Positions 12,646 through 21,414 of a stretch of DNA of 32,000 nucleotides are shown piece by piece. Source of the stretch: Delftia acidovorans NBRC 14950 (GTDB lineage: Bacteria; Pseudomonadota; Gammaproteobacteria; Burkholderiales; Burkholderiaceae_C); contig NZ_BCZP01000001.1 in NCBI RefSeq assembly GCF_001598795.1, positions 390,001 to 422,000 on the forward strand. Reading direction: 5' to 3'. The position numbers and the translations under genes were made by a program. The notes beneath the pieces were generated by a model, which was given only the letters and a program-made list of their open reading frames with translations, was not told where the DNA came from and did not search any database. Positions within the stretch are counted from its first letter, which is position 1. Every line of letters begins with the position of its first letter.

Positions 12646-13155
12646 ATGAAAGTGCTCGACCTGCATTGCCCGCACGGCCATCTGTTCGAGGGCTGGTTCG
12701 CCTCGGAAGATGATTTCCAGGGCCAGCTGCAACGCCAGCTGGTGCTGTGCCCCGTCTGCGGCCACAGCGACATCACCAAGCGACTGAGCGCCCCCCGCAT
12801 CAATCTTGGCGCCAAGCCAGCAGCCACGCCCCCGGCTGCGGCGGCTGAGCCTGCTGCAGCCGCCTCGGCTGCCAGTGCGGCAGCCGTTCCCTCACCGTCC
12901 ATGCCGCCCCAGGCGCGCGAGCAGCTGCAGGCCATGCAGGCCGCCTGGCTGAAATGGTCGCGCCAGGTGGCGCAGCAGACCGAGGACGTGGGCGAGCGCT
13001 TCGCCGATGAAGCCCGCCGCATGCACTACGGCGAGACGGACGAGCGCGCCATCCGCGGCAAGGCCAGCCCCGAGCAGGCCATGCAATTGCTGGATGAAGG
13101 CATTGCCGTCCTTCCATTGGCCTTGCCCGAAGGCAGCAAGGAAACGCTGCAGTAA
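12646..13155 (+). CDS. DUF1178-like protein: N-terminal zinc-ribbon-like CPHG...CPVCG, an Ala/Pro-rich linker and a conserved C-terminal region
   Basis: MKVLDLHCPHGHLFEGWFASEDDF...LCPVCGH at the N-terminus. Start placed at ATG 12646 (GTG 12643 is possible) rather than at the ORF-track start 12427, which overlaps the previous gene. Confidence 0.7.
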   Translation: MKVLDLHCPHGHLFEGWFASEDDFQGQLQRQLVLCPVCGHSDITKRLSAPRINLGAKPAATPPAAAAEPAAAASAASAAAVPSPSMPPQAREQLQAMQAAWLKWSRQVAQQTEDVGERFADEARRMHYGETDERAIRGKASPEQAMQLLDEGIAVLPLALPEGSKETLQ

Positions 13156-13270
13156 GTGGCGACTGGCACGTGCTGTCTTGGCGACGACAATTGCTCCCAT
13201 TGCAATGGATCGGCAATTTCCAGGCCAGGCCTTTGCTTGTTGCTATTGATTGAGTAGCGCTCCAGCTGAC

Positions 13271-13301
13271 TTTGTCGTCCTTCAATTGAAGAGACGACAA
13301 A
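13271..13301. promoter_or_regulatory. 31-nt near-perfect palindrome TTTGTCGTCCTTCAA|TTGAAG(A)GACGACAAA (15-bp arms, one bulged A) in a lower-GC stretch of the long intergenic region
   Basis: Read directly from the sequence. A second perfect 12-nt palindrome, CCATTGCAATGG, lies at 13197-13208, and an extra GACGACAA copy at 13183-13190. No U-tract follows on either strand, so an operator or RNA structure is more likely than a terminator. Confidence 0.35.
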
Positions 13302-13769
13302 CTCAAGCATATCCGCGGCTTTTCGCATAGTGACTGAGCAGGCCACAGGGAGATTGCCGACCTGGGTGTTTCCCGTAAGGCAGCGGACATTGGCCGCTGC
13401 CCTGTAAGTCGCAAAAAAGGGTAGTTTGCTATCGCTTTGGAAGCGCTCTGGCCTTCCGTGCGGGCCGCGCCGGGCCGAGATGCTGGAGAACCCTAGGCCC
13501 TGCCTGCCACCGCGGCACCTTACAGCCCCGTCTGTGCTTGATTATTTCAAGTGTGAGTGGTTGCTTCTGTCGTTTGCGAAGGCCAGGCTTGATGCGCCAT
13601 GGTGCAGTGCGGGGCAGGGCCTGTGCTTAGGAGCACCTACGTAGGCGTTTTCCCGCTGCGGTGCACAACGTCGGCAAGCCTACGATGCGTCCGACCCTGC
13701 ACAACGCCCGCCAGAGCCTCTGGCGACGCGTTGGGGGCTGGCAGCATCAACGGAGCAGGCGAAGCGCAC

Positions 13770-14540
13770 ATGAGCGACGTTATTCTCGAAACCCGGAACC
13801 TGACCAAAGAGTTCAAGGGATTTACGGCGGTGAGCAAGGTGGACCTTTCGGTGCGCCGTGGCTCCATCCATGCCTTGATCGGCCCCAATGGCGCAGGCAA
13901 GACCACCTGCTTCAATCTGCTGACCAAGTTCCTGGAGCCCACCTCCGGCACCATCCGTTTCAATGGCGAGGACATCACGCGGGAAGCACCGGCGCAGATT
14001 GCGCGCCGTGGCGTGATCCGGTCCTTCCAGATCTCGGCCGTGTTCCCGCATTGCACGCTGCTGGAGAACGTGCGCATCGGCCTGCAGCGCAAGCTGGGCA
14101 CCGAGTTCCATTTCTGGCGCAGCGAGAAGAGCCTGTCGCAGCTCGATGACCGCGCCATGCAGTTGCTGGCCGAAGTTGGCCTGCAGGATCTGGCCGACGA
14201 GGTCACGGTCAACCTGCCCTATGGCCGCAAGCGCGCGCTGGAGATTGCCACCACGCTGGCCATGGAGCCCGAGCTGATGCTGCTGGACGAACCCACGCAG
14301 GGCATGGGCCACGAAGACGTGGACCGCGTGACCCAGCTGATCAAGAAGGTCTCGGCCGGCCGCACGATTCTCATGGTGGAGCACAACATGAAGGTGATCT
14401 CCACCATTGCCGACCGCATCACGGTGCTGCAGCGCGGCGCCGTGCTGGCCGAGGGGCCGTACGAGGAAGTTTCGCGCAACCCGCAAGTGATGGAAGCGTA
14501 TATGGGCACCACCGACGGCCAGTTGCAGGGAGCGCATTGA
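13770..14540 (+). CDS. ABC transporter ATP-binding protein, LivG-like (HAAT family)
   Basis: Walker A GPNGAGKTT, signature LPYGRKRALEIA, Walker B LMLLDEP. Start at ATG 13770 (MSDVILETRNLTKEF), with GGAG about 14 nt upstream. Confidence 0.9.
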   Translation: MSDVILETRNLTKEFKGFTAVSKVDLSVRRGSIHALIGPNGAGKTTCFNLLTKFLEPTSGTIRFNGEDITREAPAQIARRGVIRSFQISAVFPHCTLLENVRIGLQRKLGTEFHFWRSEKSLSQLDDRAMQLLAEVGLQDLADEVTVNLPYGRKRALEIATTLAMEPELMLLDEPTQGMGHEDVDRVTQLIKKVSAGRTILMVEHNMKVISTIADRITVLQRGAVLAEGPYEEVSRNPQVMEAYMGTTDGQLQGAH

Positions 14541-14541
14541 G

Positions 14542-15252
14542 ATGACTGCACCGGCATTGGAAATCAAGGGCCTGCAGGCCTGGTACGGCGAATCCCATGT
14601 GCTGCACGGCATGGACCTGGTGGTCCAGCCCGGCGAGGTGGTCACGCTGCTGGGGCGCAACGGCGCGGGCCGCACGTCCACGCTGCGCGCCATCATGGGT
14701 CTGACGGGCGCGCGCAAGGGCTCCATCCGGATCAACGGCGTGGAGGCCATCCACCTGCCCACGCACCGCATTGCCCACCTGGGCGTGGGCTACTGCCCTG
14801 AAGAGCGCGGCATCTTCTCCAGCCTCTCGTGCGAGGAGAACCTGATGCTGCCGCCGCCGCTCAAGACCGGCCAGCCGGGCATGAGCGTGGATGAGATCTA
14901 CGCCATGTTCCCCAACCTGGCCGAGCGCCGCCACAGCCAGGGCACGCGCCTGTCGGGTGGCGAGCAGCAGATGCTGGCGGTGGCGCGCATCCTGCGCACG
15001 GGCGCGCGGCTGTTGCTGCTCGACGAAATCTCGGAAGGCCTGGCACCCGTCATCGTGCAGGCGCTGGCCCGCATGATCACCATGCTGCGCACCAAGGGCT
15101 ACACCGTGGTCATGGTGGAGCAGAACTTCCACTTCGCGGCGCCGCTGGCCGACCGCTTCTACGTGGTCGAGCACGGCCATGTGGTCGAGCGTTTCGGCGC
15201 GTCCGAACTGCAGGCCAAGATGCCCGTGCTCAACGAGCTGCTCGGAGTCTGA
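14542..15252 (+). CDS. ABC transporter ATP-binding protein, LivF-like (HAAT family)
   Basis: Walker A GRNGAGRTS, signature LSGGEQQMLAVA, Walker B LLLLDE. Starts 1 nt after the preceding stop. Confidence 0.9.
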   Translation: MTAPALEIKGLQAWYGESHVLHGMDLVVQPGEVVTLLGRNGAGRTSTLRAIMGLTGARKGSIRINGVEAIHLPTHRIAHLGVGYCPEERGIFSSLSCEENLMLPPPLKTGQPGMSVDEIYAMFPNLAERRHSQGTRLSGGEQQMLAVARILRTGARLLLLDEISEGLAPVIVQALARMITMLRTKGYTVVMVEQNFHFAAPLADRFYVVEHGHVVERFGASELQAKMPVLNELLGV

Positions 15253-15351
15253 CCCGGATATCCATCGTGGCCGGCGCCTGGGGCTCGCCGGCTGCATTCC
15301 TGCCATGGCCCTGTGACAAAAACCCAAGACATCAACGCGAAGGAGACACCA

Positions 15352-16548
15352 ATGAAAGCAAAACTGACCGCACTGTCGTGCATGCTGGCTGCGGCCGGCC
15401 TGGCCAGCCCGCTTGCCATGGCACAGGAGAAGGTGAAGATCGGCTTCGTGACCGACATGTCCAGCCTGTATGCGGATGTGGAAGGCAAGAACGCCGTCAC
15501 CGCCATGCAGATGGCCATCGATGACTTCGGCGGCAAGGTGCTGGGCCAGCCCATCGAGCTGCTGAGCGCCGACCACCAGAACAAGGCCGACATCGCCGCC
15601 TCCAAGGTGCGCGAGTGGGTGGACACGCAAGGTATCTCGCTGGTGTTCAGCGGCACCAACTCCGGCACGGCCCTGGCGGTGTCGCAGGTGGCCAATGAGA
15701 AAAAGCGCGTGCACTTCAACAGCGGCGCGGGTTCCTCGGCACTGACCAACGAGCAGTGCAACGCCTACACCGTTCACTACGCCTATGACACCGTGGCCCT
15801 GGCCAAGGGCACGGGTACGGCCGTGGTCGAGCGCGGCGGCAAGGACTGGTTCTTCCTGACGGCCGACTACGCCTTCGGCCACGCGCTGGAGAACGACACC
15901 ACGGCCGTGATCAAGGCCAAGGGCGGCAAGGTGGTGGGCGGCGTCAAGCACCCGCTCAATGCCTCGGACTTCTCGTCCTTCCTGCTGCAGGCGCAGGCCT
16001 CCAAGGCCCAGATCCTGGGCCTGGCCAACGCCGGTGGCGACACCATCAACGCCATCAAGGCCGCCAAGGAATTCGGCATCAACAAGAGCATGAAGACCGT
16101 GGGCCTGCTGGTGTTCCTGACCGACATCCACAGCCTGGGCCTGAAGAACACCGAAGGCATGCAGTTCACCACCAGCTGGTACTGGGACCAAAACGATGCC
16201 ACGCGCAAGTTCGGCGAGCGCTTCTTCGCCAAGACCAAGCGCATGCCCACCTCCATCCAGGCTGCCGACTACTCGGCCGTGACCAGCTACCTCAAGGCCG
16301 TGCAGGCCGTGAAGTCCACGGATGCCGACAAGGTCATGGCCTACCTCAAGAGCACGCCCATCGACGACTTCTACGGCAAGGGCTCGATCCGTCCCGATGG
16401 CACCTTCGCCCACGACATGTACCTGGTCGAGGTCAAGAAGCCCGCCGAGTCCAAGAAGCCCTGGGACTACCTGAAGGTCGTGGCCACGCTGCCCGCCGAC
16501 CAGGTCTGGACCACCAAGGCCGAGACCAAGTGCGCGCTGTGGAAGTAA
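15352..16548 (+). CDS. Periplasmic substrate-binding protein, Leu/Ile/Val-binding-protein family; ligand not predictable
   Basis: Signal peptide MKAKLTALSCMLAAAGLASPLAMA|QE and type I periplasmic binding protein-like sequence. ATG 15352 is preceded by AAGGAGA and is preferred over GTG 15313. Confidence 0.85.
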   Translation: MKAKLTALSCMLAAAGLASPLAMAQEKVKIGFVTDMSSLYADVEGKNAVTAMQMAIDDFGGKVLGQPIELLSADHQNKADIAASKVREWVDTQGISLVFSGTNSGTALAVSQVANEKKRVHFNSGAGSSALTNEQCNAYTVHYAYDTVALAKGTGTAVVERGGKDWFFLTADYAFGHALENDTTAVIKAKGGKVVGGVKHPLNASDFSSFLLQAQASKAQILGLANAGGDTINAIKAAKEFGINKSMKTVGLLVFLTDIHSLGLKNTEGMQFTTSWYWDQNDATRKFGERFFAKTKRMPTSIQAADYSAVTSYLKAVQAVKSTDADKVMAYLKSTPIDDFYGKGSIRPDGTFAHDMYLVEVKKPAESKKPWDYLKVVATLPADQVWTTKAETKCALWK

Positions 16549-16605
16549 CGCTGCGCCGCCACTGACCCCCAACCGCCACCCGGCCAACCACGACAGCTGC
16601 ATCCC

Positions 16606-17490
16606 ATGGAAATCTTTGGTGTTTCCCTGCCAGGCCTGATGAGCCAGCTCCTTCTGGGGCTGGTCAACGGCTCGTTCTACGCCATCCTCAGCCTGGGGCT
16701 GGCGGTGATCTTCGGCCTGCTCAACGTGATCAACTTCGCCCACGGCGCGTTGTTCATGCTGGGCGCCATGGTCACCTGGATGGCCATGAGCTACTTCAAC
16801 ATCAACTACTGGGTGATGCTGGTGCTGTCGCCGTTGCTGGTGGGCCTGCTGGGCGTGCTGATCGAGCGCTTTTTATTGCGCTGGATCTACAAGCTCGACC
16901 ACCTCTACGGCCTGTTGCTGACCCTGGGCCTGTCGCTGCTGATCGAGGGCCTGTTCCGCTCGGTCTACGGCGTCTCGGGCCTGGGCTACGACACGCCCGA
17001 GCTGCTGGAAGGCGCGACCAACCTGGGCTTCATGATCCTGCCCAACTACCGCGCCTGGGTGGTGCTGGCCTCCATCGTGGTCTGCGTGGCCACCTGGTTC
17101 ATGATCGAGAAGACGCGCATCGGCGCCTACCTGCGGGCGGGCACCGAGAACCCGCGCCTGGTCGAGGCCTTCGGCGTCAACGTGCCCGTGATGATCACGC
17201 TGACCTATGCCTTCGGCGCGGCGCTGGCGGCGTTTGCCGGCGTGCTGGCGGCGCCCGTCTACCAGGTCACGCCGCTGATGGGGCAGAACCTCATCATCGT
17301 GGTCTTCGCCGTGGTGGTGATCGGAGGCATGGGCTCCATCATGGGCTCCATCCTCACCGGCCTGGGCCTGGGCGTGATCGAGGGCCTGACCAAGGTCTTC
17401 TGGCCCGAGGCTTCGTCCACCGTGGTGTTCTTCATCATGGTCATCGTTTTGCTCATCCGCCCCGCCGGCCTGTTCGGCAAAGAGAAATAA
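16606..17490 (+). CDS. ABC transporter permease, LivH-like
   Basis: 294 aa polytopic protein. N-terminal LLLGLVNGSFYAILSLGLAVIFGLLNVINFAHGALFMLGAM is typical of LivH-family permeases. Confidence 0.9.
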   Translation: MEIFGVSLPGLMSQLLLGLVNGSFYAILSLGLAVIFGLLNVINFAHGALFMLGAMVTWMAMSYFNINYWVMLVLSPLLVGLLGVLIERFLLRWIYKLDHLYGLLLTLGLSLLIEGLFRSVYGVSGLGYDTPELLEGATNLGFMILPNYRAWVVLASIVVCVATWFMIEKTRIGAYLRAGTENPRLVEAFGVNVPVMITLTYAFGAALAAFAGVLAAPVYQVTPLMGQNLIIVVFAVVVIGGMGSIMGSILTGLGLGVIEGLTKVFWPEASSTVVFFIMVIVLLIRPAGLFGKEK

Positions 17491-17517
17491 CAAGAACGAG
17501 GACAAGGGGCCGACCAC

Positions 17518-18516
17518 ATGAAATCCAAGACTCTCGTTCAACGCATCGCCCCCTGGGGCTATGGCCTGCTGCTGCTGGGCCTGCTGGCGGCGCCCATGCT
17601 GGGTGCCTACCCGGTGTTCGTGATGAAGCTCATGTGCTTCGCACTGTTCGCCTCGGCCTTCAACCTGCTGCTGGGCTACACGGGCCTGCTGTCCTTCGGC
17701 CACGCGGCCTTCCTGGGCGGTGCGGCCTATGTGACGGGCTACGCCATCAAGGGCTGGGGCTTCACGCCCGAGCTGGCCATGCTGGCCGGCACGGCCGGGG
17801 GCGCGCTGCTGGGGCTGATCTTCGGCTGGCTGGCCATCCGCCGCCAGGGCATTTATTTCTCGATGATCACGCTGGCGCTGGCCCAGATGCTGTTCTTCGT
17901 GTGCCTGCAGGCGCCCTTCACGGGCGGCGAGGACGGACTGCAGGGCGTACCGCGCGGCAAGCTGTTCGGCCTCATCGACCTGACCAGCGACCTGACCATG
18001 TACTACGTCACGCTGGTCATCGTGGTCCTGGCCTTCCTGCTGATCGTGCGCACCATCCACTCGCCCTTCGGCCAGGTGCTCAAGGCCATCAAGGAGAACG
18101 AGCCGCGCGCGACCTCGCTGGGCTATGACGTGGCGCGCTTCAAGCTGCTGGCCTTCGTGATCTCGGCCGCGCTCACGGGCCTGGCCGGTTCGCTCAAGAC
18201 CGTGGTGCTGGGCTTTGCCACGCTGTCGGATGTGCACTGGACCACCTCCGGCCACGTGATCCTGATGACGCTGATGGGCGGCCTGGGCACGCTGTCCGGC
18301 CCCATCCTGGGCTCGGCCGTGGTGGTCATGCTGGAGAACAAGATCGGCGAGTTCGGCAGCTTCCTGCAGCGCCTCACGGGCGTGGAGTGGTTCTCCACGC
18401 TGGGCGAGTCGGTGACCATCGTCACCGGCCTGATCTTCGTGGTCTGCGTGCTGCTGTTCCGCAAGGGCATCATGGGCGAGCTGATCGCCTGGCTGCAGAA
18501 AAAGCGTACTCCTTGA
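17518..18516 (+). CDS. ABC transporter permease, LivM-like
   Basis: 332 aa polytopic protein. FNLLLGYTGLLSFGHAAFLGGAAY is typical of LivM-family permeases. Confidence 0.9.
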   Translation: MKSKTLVQRIAPWGYGLLLLGLLAAPMLGAYPVFVMKLMCFALFASAFNLLLGYTGLLSFGHAAFLGGAAYVTGYAIKGWGFTPELAMLAGTAGGALLGLIFGWLAIRRQGIYFSMITLALAQMLFFVCLQAPFTGGEDGLQGVPRGKLFGLIDLTSDLTMYYVTLVIVVLAFLLIVRTIHSPFGQVLKAIKENEPRATSLGYDVARFKLLAFVISAALTGLAGSLKTVVLGFATLSDVHWTTSGHVILMTLMGGLGTLSGPILGSAVVVMLENKIGEFGSFLQRLTGVEWFSTLGESVTIVTGLIFVVCVLLFRKGIMGELIAWLQKKRTP

Positions 18517-18546
18517 GATCCTGAAGACCGCACCGAGCGGCGCGAA

Positions 18547-18588
18547 GGGCAGGCCACCAGGACCGCATCTGATCCTGGTGGCCTGCCC
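18547..18588. terminator. Perfect 16-bp-stem hairpin (GGGCAGGCCACCAGGA, 10-nt loop, TCCTGGTGGCCTGCCC) between the convergent livM-like and parE-like genes; a possible bidirectional terminator
   Basis: Arms verified base by base. The right arm ends exactly at the parE-like stop codon (18589-18591). U-tracts are weak on both strands. Confidence 0.5.
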
Positions 18589-18918
18589 TTATCCGTTGTC
18601 GGGTTCCTGCATCCATGCCGGCAGGTCCCGCTGGCCGTGCAGCACACGCCATACATCGACGTGATGGGCGTGCTCCACATAGAACACCATGTACGGGTAG
18701 CGCGTCAGCGGCCAGGCGCGCAGACCGGGCAGATGGAGTTCATGGGCATAGCGCAGCGAGCCTGTGGCGGGGTGGCGGCCTATGTGTGCGTAGGCCTTCT
18801 CCAGCGCGTCGATGAAGCCCAGGGCTGCGTTTGCTGCCTCCTCGCCCAGGTACCAGGCAAGTATCTCTTCGACGTCCCGGTTGGCCTGCTCGCGGGGGAC
18901 GATGGCCTTGGCCTTCAC
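18589..18918 (-). CDS. parE: Type II toxin, ParE/RelE superfamily
   Basis: 109 aa. C-terminal ...YMVFYVEHAHHVDVWRVLHGQRDLPAWM resembles the ParE signature (..ILRVLHGxRD). GTG start in a GTGA overlap with the upstream antitoxin gene. Confidence 0.8.
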   Translation of the reverse strand: MKAKAIVPREQANRDVEEILAWYLGEEAANAALGFIDALEKAYAHIGRHPATGSLRYAHELHLPGLRAWPLTRYPYMVFYVEHAHHVDVWRVLHGQRDLPAWMQEPDNG

Positions 18919-19148
18919 CTCCTGGCCTTCGCCCGCTCACGCAGTCCATCGAAATAGCCCGCATCCACCGCGGCAGCCGGCGCCGAACCCGCTCCAGCCA
19001 ACAGCAGGTTGCGCAGTTGCAGGCGCTCCTGATCCCTGCGGATCAGCTCGCGGACATACTCGCTGCTTGTGCCGTAGCCACGCTGGCTGACCTGCTCATC
19101 CACAAAGGACTTGAGGGTGTCAGGCAGGGAAATGTTCATGGTGCTCAT
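18915..19148 (-). CDS. parD: Type II antitoxin, ParD/CopG ribbon-helix-helix family
   Basis: 77 aa. MNISLPDTLKSFVDEQVSQRGYGTSSEYVRELIRRDQE is a typical RHH ParD N-terminus. Lies immediately upstream of, and overlapping, the toxin gene. Confidence 0.8.
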   Translation of the reverse strand: MSTMNISLPDTLKSFVDEQVSQRGYGTSSEYVRELIRRDQERLQLRNLLLAGAGSAPAAAVDAGYFDGLRERAKARR

Positions 19149-19166
19149 GGCGCCAGTGTGGGTCGC

Positions 19167-19183
19167 TTGGCAAAAATTGGCAA
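19167..19183. promoter_or_regulatory. Direct repeat TTGGCAA-AAA-TTGGCAA (10-bp register), 19-35 nt upstream of the parD start; candidate autoregulatory operator
   Basis: Read directly from the sequence. RHH antitoxins commonly bind short repeats that overlap their own promoter. Confidence 0.3.
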
Positions 19184-19218
19184 GATTCCCATTCAGCCAC
19201 TGCAGTTTGAAGAGGTTT

Positions 19219-20343
19219 TCATAGCTGCAGCGGCCGGGCGTAGCCCGTCATCTCCAGATATCCCTGACCGGCTCGCGCCTCCTGGCCCGGGCCGGTGGGC
19301 TTTTGGAGGCTGCACAGGCCCTCCCAGTAGATGGCGCCGGTGGAGGCGCTGCTGTCCAGCTCCTGGTCATCGACCAGGGCGTTCACGGTGAAGCGGCCAG
19401 CGGGCGTGTCCACCTGCCATTGCACGGGGTAGCGCGCGCCGCTGGCGGGGCTGCTCCAGTGGCGCAGCGGTGTGAACCGCACGGCATCGTGGGCGAAGAC
19501 CTGTACCTTGCCATCGGCGCCGCGCAGCGAGCCTCCGGCCCACAGCGCGCTGCCATCGCCCCGGCGCACTCGGAAGGCCGTGAGTGCACCGCCGTCGAAC
19601 AGGTTCATGCCTATCCAGTCCCAGCCCACGGCCTCGGGGTGCATCAGGGCCTGGCTCCATTCATGGTCCAGCCAGGCGCGGTTGTCACCGGGTTCGCGCG
19701 CGGCTTCGATCTCCATGCGCTGGCCTGCCAGCTCCAGCGTGCCGCTCACCTGCAGTTGCGGGCGGCTGTAGTAGTAGCTTGCCTGCTCGGGCTCCGGCCC
19801 CTTGCGAGAGAGGCCGGCACGGCCCTGCAGCAGCGGGTGCTCGCGGGTCTCGAAGCGCAGGTCCAGTGCGAATGCGGTGCTGCGTATGCGGGTGGTGTAG
19901 CGTTCGGCCTCGCCGTTACCGGTGCCTTCATCGGTGCGCTGCAGCGACCAGTCCTGCAGCCGCACGTCGGCATCGGTCTCGCTGGCCTGGGCAATGCCAA
20001 AGCCTGCGCGCGCGATGCGCTGGTCGTGGTGCAGGCGGGCGCCCTGCACATCGCACAGCGCCGCATGGGCAAACAGCAGCTGGCGCGCCGCGAAGGCAGA
20101 GCGCAGCTCCTGCGTGGCCTGTACGCGCGATCGGAAGAAGGTGATCTGGAAACCCCAGGCCCGGCCTGCCGCGCGTGCCTGGCCGGTGATGTACCACCAC
20201 TCGGTGCGCAGCCCGGGATGGCTGCCATGGTCGCGCGGGAAGACCAGCGTGCGTGGCGGCAGTGCCTGGGCGGGCAGTCCTGCCGCCCCCAGGCCCAGGC
20301 CTGCAGCCAGGCCCAGCAGATGGCGGCGGGGCAGGGGCATCAT
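19219..20343 (-). CDS. Exported AttH/CrtC-like lipocalin-domain protein (carotenoid 1,2-hydratase/AttH family, COG5621-like)
   Basis: 374 aa. Tat-like signal MMPLPRRHLLGLAAGLGLGAAGLPAQA, then FPRDHGSHPGLRTEWWYITG, characteristic of the AttH/CrtC family. Confidence 0.8.
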   Translation of the reverse strand: MMPLPRRHLLGLAAGLGLGAAGLPAQALPPRTLVFPRDHGSHPGLRTEWWYITGQARAAGRAWGFQITFFRSRVQATQELRSAFAARQLLFAHAALCDVQGARLHHDQRIARAGFGIAQASETDADVRLQDWSLQRTDEGTGNGEAERYTTRIRSTAFALDLRFETREHPLLQGRAGLSRKGPEPEQASYYYSRPQLQVSGTLELAGQRMEIEAAREPGDNRAWLDHEWSQALMHPEAVGWDWIGMNLFDGGALTAFRVRRGDGSALWAGGSLRGADGKVQVFAHDAVRFTPLRHWSSPASGARYPVQWQVDTPAGRFTVNALVDDQELDSSASTGAIYWEGLCSLQKPTGPGQEARAGQGYLEMTGYARPLQL

Positions 20344-20346
20344 GGA

Positions 20347-21414
20347 TCAGCTTTGCAACTGCGCGATGCGCGCCTGGGCCGGCCCGCAGTCGCCGATGCG
20401 CTGCATCACCCAGTCCGCATCATGGTAGGTGGGCAGGTAGCGCTCGCCCGCATCGCACAGCAGCGAGAGGATGGAGCCCTGCTCGCCGCGCTGGCGCATC
20501 TCGCTGGCCAGCCTGAGCATGGCCACGTAGTTGGTGCCCGTGGAAGGCCCCACGCGCCGGCCCAGCAATGCGGACAGGCTGCGCATGGCGGCCAGGGAAT
20601 CGCAGTCCGCCACCTCCTCCATGCGGTCCACCAGGGTGCGCACAAAGCTGGGCTCCACGCGCGGGCGGCCTATGCCTTCGATGCGCGAGCCCGGCGCGGT
20701 GAGGGTGGAATCGCCCGTGCGGTGGTAGGCGGCGAACACCGAGCCCTCGGGGTCGGCCACGCAGATGCCCGTGGCATGGCGCTGGAAACGCACGTAGCGG
20801 CCAATGGTGGCGCTGGTGCCGCCCGTGCCCGCGCCCACCACGATCCAGCGCGGCACGGCATGGCGCTCGCGCCGCATCTGGGTGAACATGCTCTCCGCAA
20901 TATTGTTGTTGCCACGCCAGTCGGTGGCGCGCTCGGCATAGGTGAACTGGTCCATGTAGTGGCCGCCGGTCTGCGCGGCCACGGCGCGTGCCTCGTCGTA
21001 GACCTGGCCTGCGCTGTCCACGAGATGGCAGCGACCGCCGTAGAACTCGATCAGCGCAATCTTCTCGGCCGAGGTGCTGCGCGGCATCACGGCCACGAAA
21101 GGCAGGCCCAGCAGGCGCGCGAAATACGCCTCGCTCACGGCCGTGGAGCCGCTCGATGCCTCGACGATGGTCGAGCCCTCATGCACCCAGCCATTGCACA
21201 GCGCATAGAGAAACAGCGAGCGCGCCAGCCGGTGCTTGAGGCTGCCCGTGGGGTGGGTGGATTCGTCCTTGAGGTAGAGGTCGATCCCCAGGCCGGCAAA
21301 GCCGGGCAGGGGCAGCGGGATCAGGTGCGTGTCGGCACTGCGCTGGTAATCGGCCTCGATGCGGTTGATGGCCTCGTGCAGCCAGGAAGAGGTGGTGTGC
21401 GGCATGGCGGCCAT
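20347..21414 (-). CDS. PLP-dependent enzyme of the cysteine synthase/cystathionine beta-synthase fold (tryptophan-synthase-beta superfamily); specific reaction unknown
   Basis: 355 aa from ATG 21414 (MAAMPHTT...). Putative PLP-lysine context [14 protein letters not shown] and glycine loop [12 protein letters not shown]. The stop is 3 nt before the AttH-like start. The ORF-track extension to 21882 overlaps the GT gene and is rejected. Confidence 0.75.
   Translation of the reverse strand: MAAMPHTTSSWLHEAINRIEADYQRSADTHLIPLPLPGFAGLGIDLYLKDESTHPTGSLKHRLARSLFLYALCNGWVHEGSTIVEASSGSTAVSEAYFARLLGLPFVAVMPRSTSAEKIALIEFYGGRCHLVDSAGQVYDEARAVAAQTGGHYMDQFTYAERATDWRGNNNIAESMFTQMRRERHAVPRWIVVGAGTGGTSATIGRYVRFQRHATGICVADPEGSVFAAYHRTGDSTLTAPGSRIEGIGRPRVEPSFVRTLVDRMEEVADCDSLAAMRSLSALLGRRVGPSTGTNYVAMLRLASEMRQRGEQGSILSLLCDAGERYLPTYHDADWVMQRIGDCGPAQARIAQLQS

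Noticed and set aside
13026-13644. Small ORFs in or next to the long intergenic region (13026-13346 minus, 106 aa; 13426-13644 plus, 72 aa, TTG start; 13007-13249 plus)
   Set aside because: None has an SD. They overlap the DUF1178-like gene or each other, use atypical codons for this genome, and translate to Cys/Pro/Arg-rich sequence with no motif. I treat the region as non-coding.
14419-16743. 774-aa minus-strand ORF opposite the liv-type ATPase and binding-protein genes. Similar antisense ORFs lie at 4520-5629, 7173-8849, 16873-18255, 19303-21453, 21414-22622, 24855-27374, 26629-28155, 28088-29320 and 29044-30288.
   Set aside because: All are antisense to, or out of frame with, well-supported genes. 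They are low-complexity, Arg/Ala/Gly/His-rich translations without motifs. They are GC-driven open frames, not overlapping genes.
19167-19183. TTGGCAA-N3-TTGGCAA read as a sigma54 (-24 GG / -12 GC) promoter
   Set aside because: The GG-to-GC spacing is 11 nt rather than the 12 nt of TGGCAC-N5-TTGC. On the plus strand it would also drive transcription antisense into the AttH-like gene. A direct-repeat operator is more plausible.
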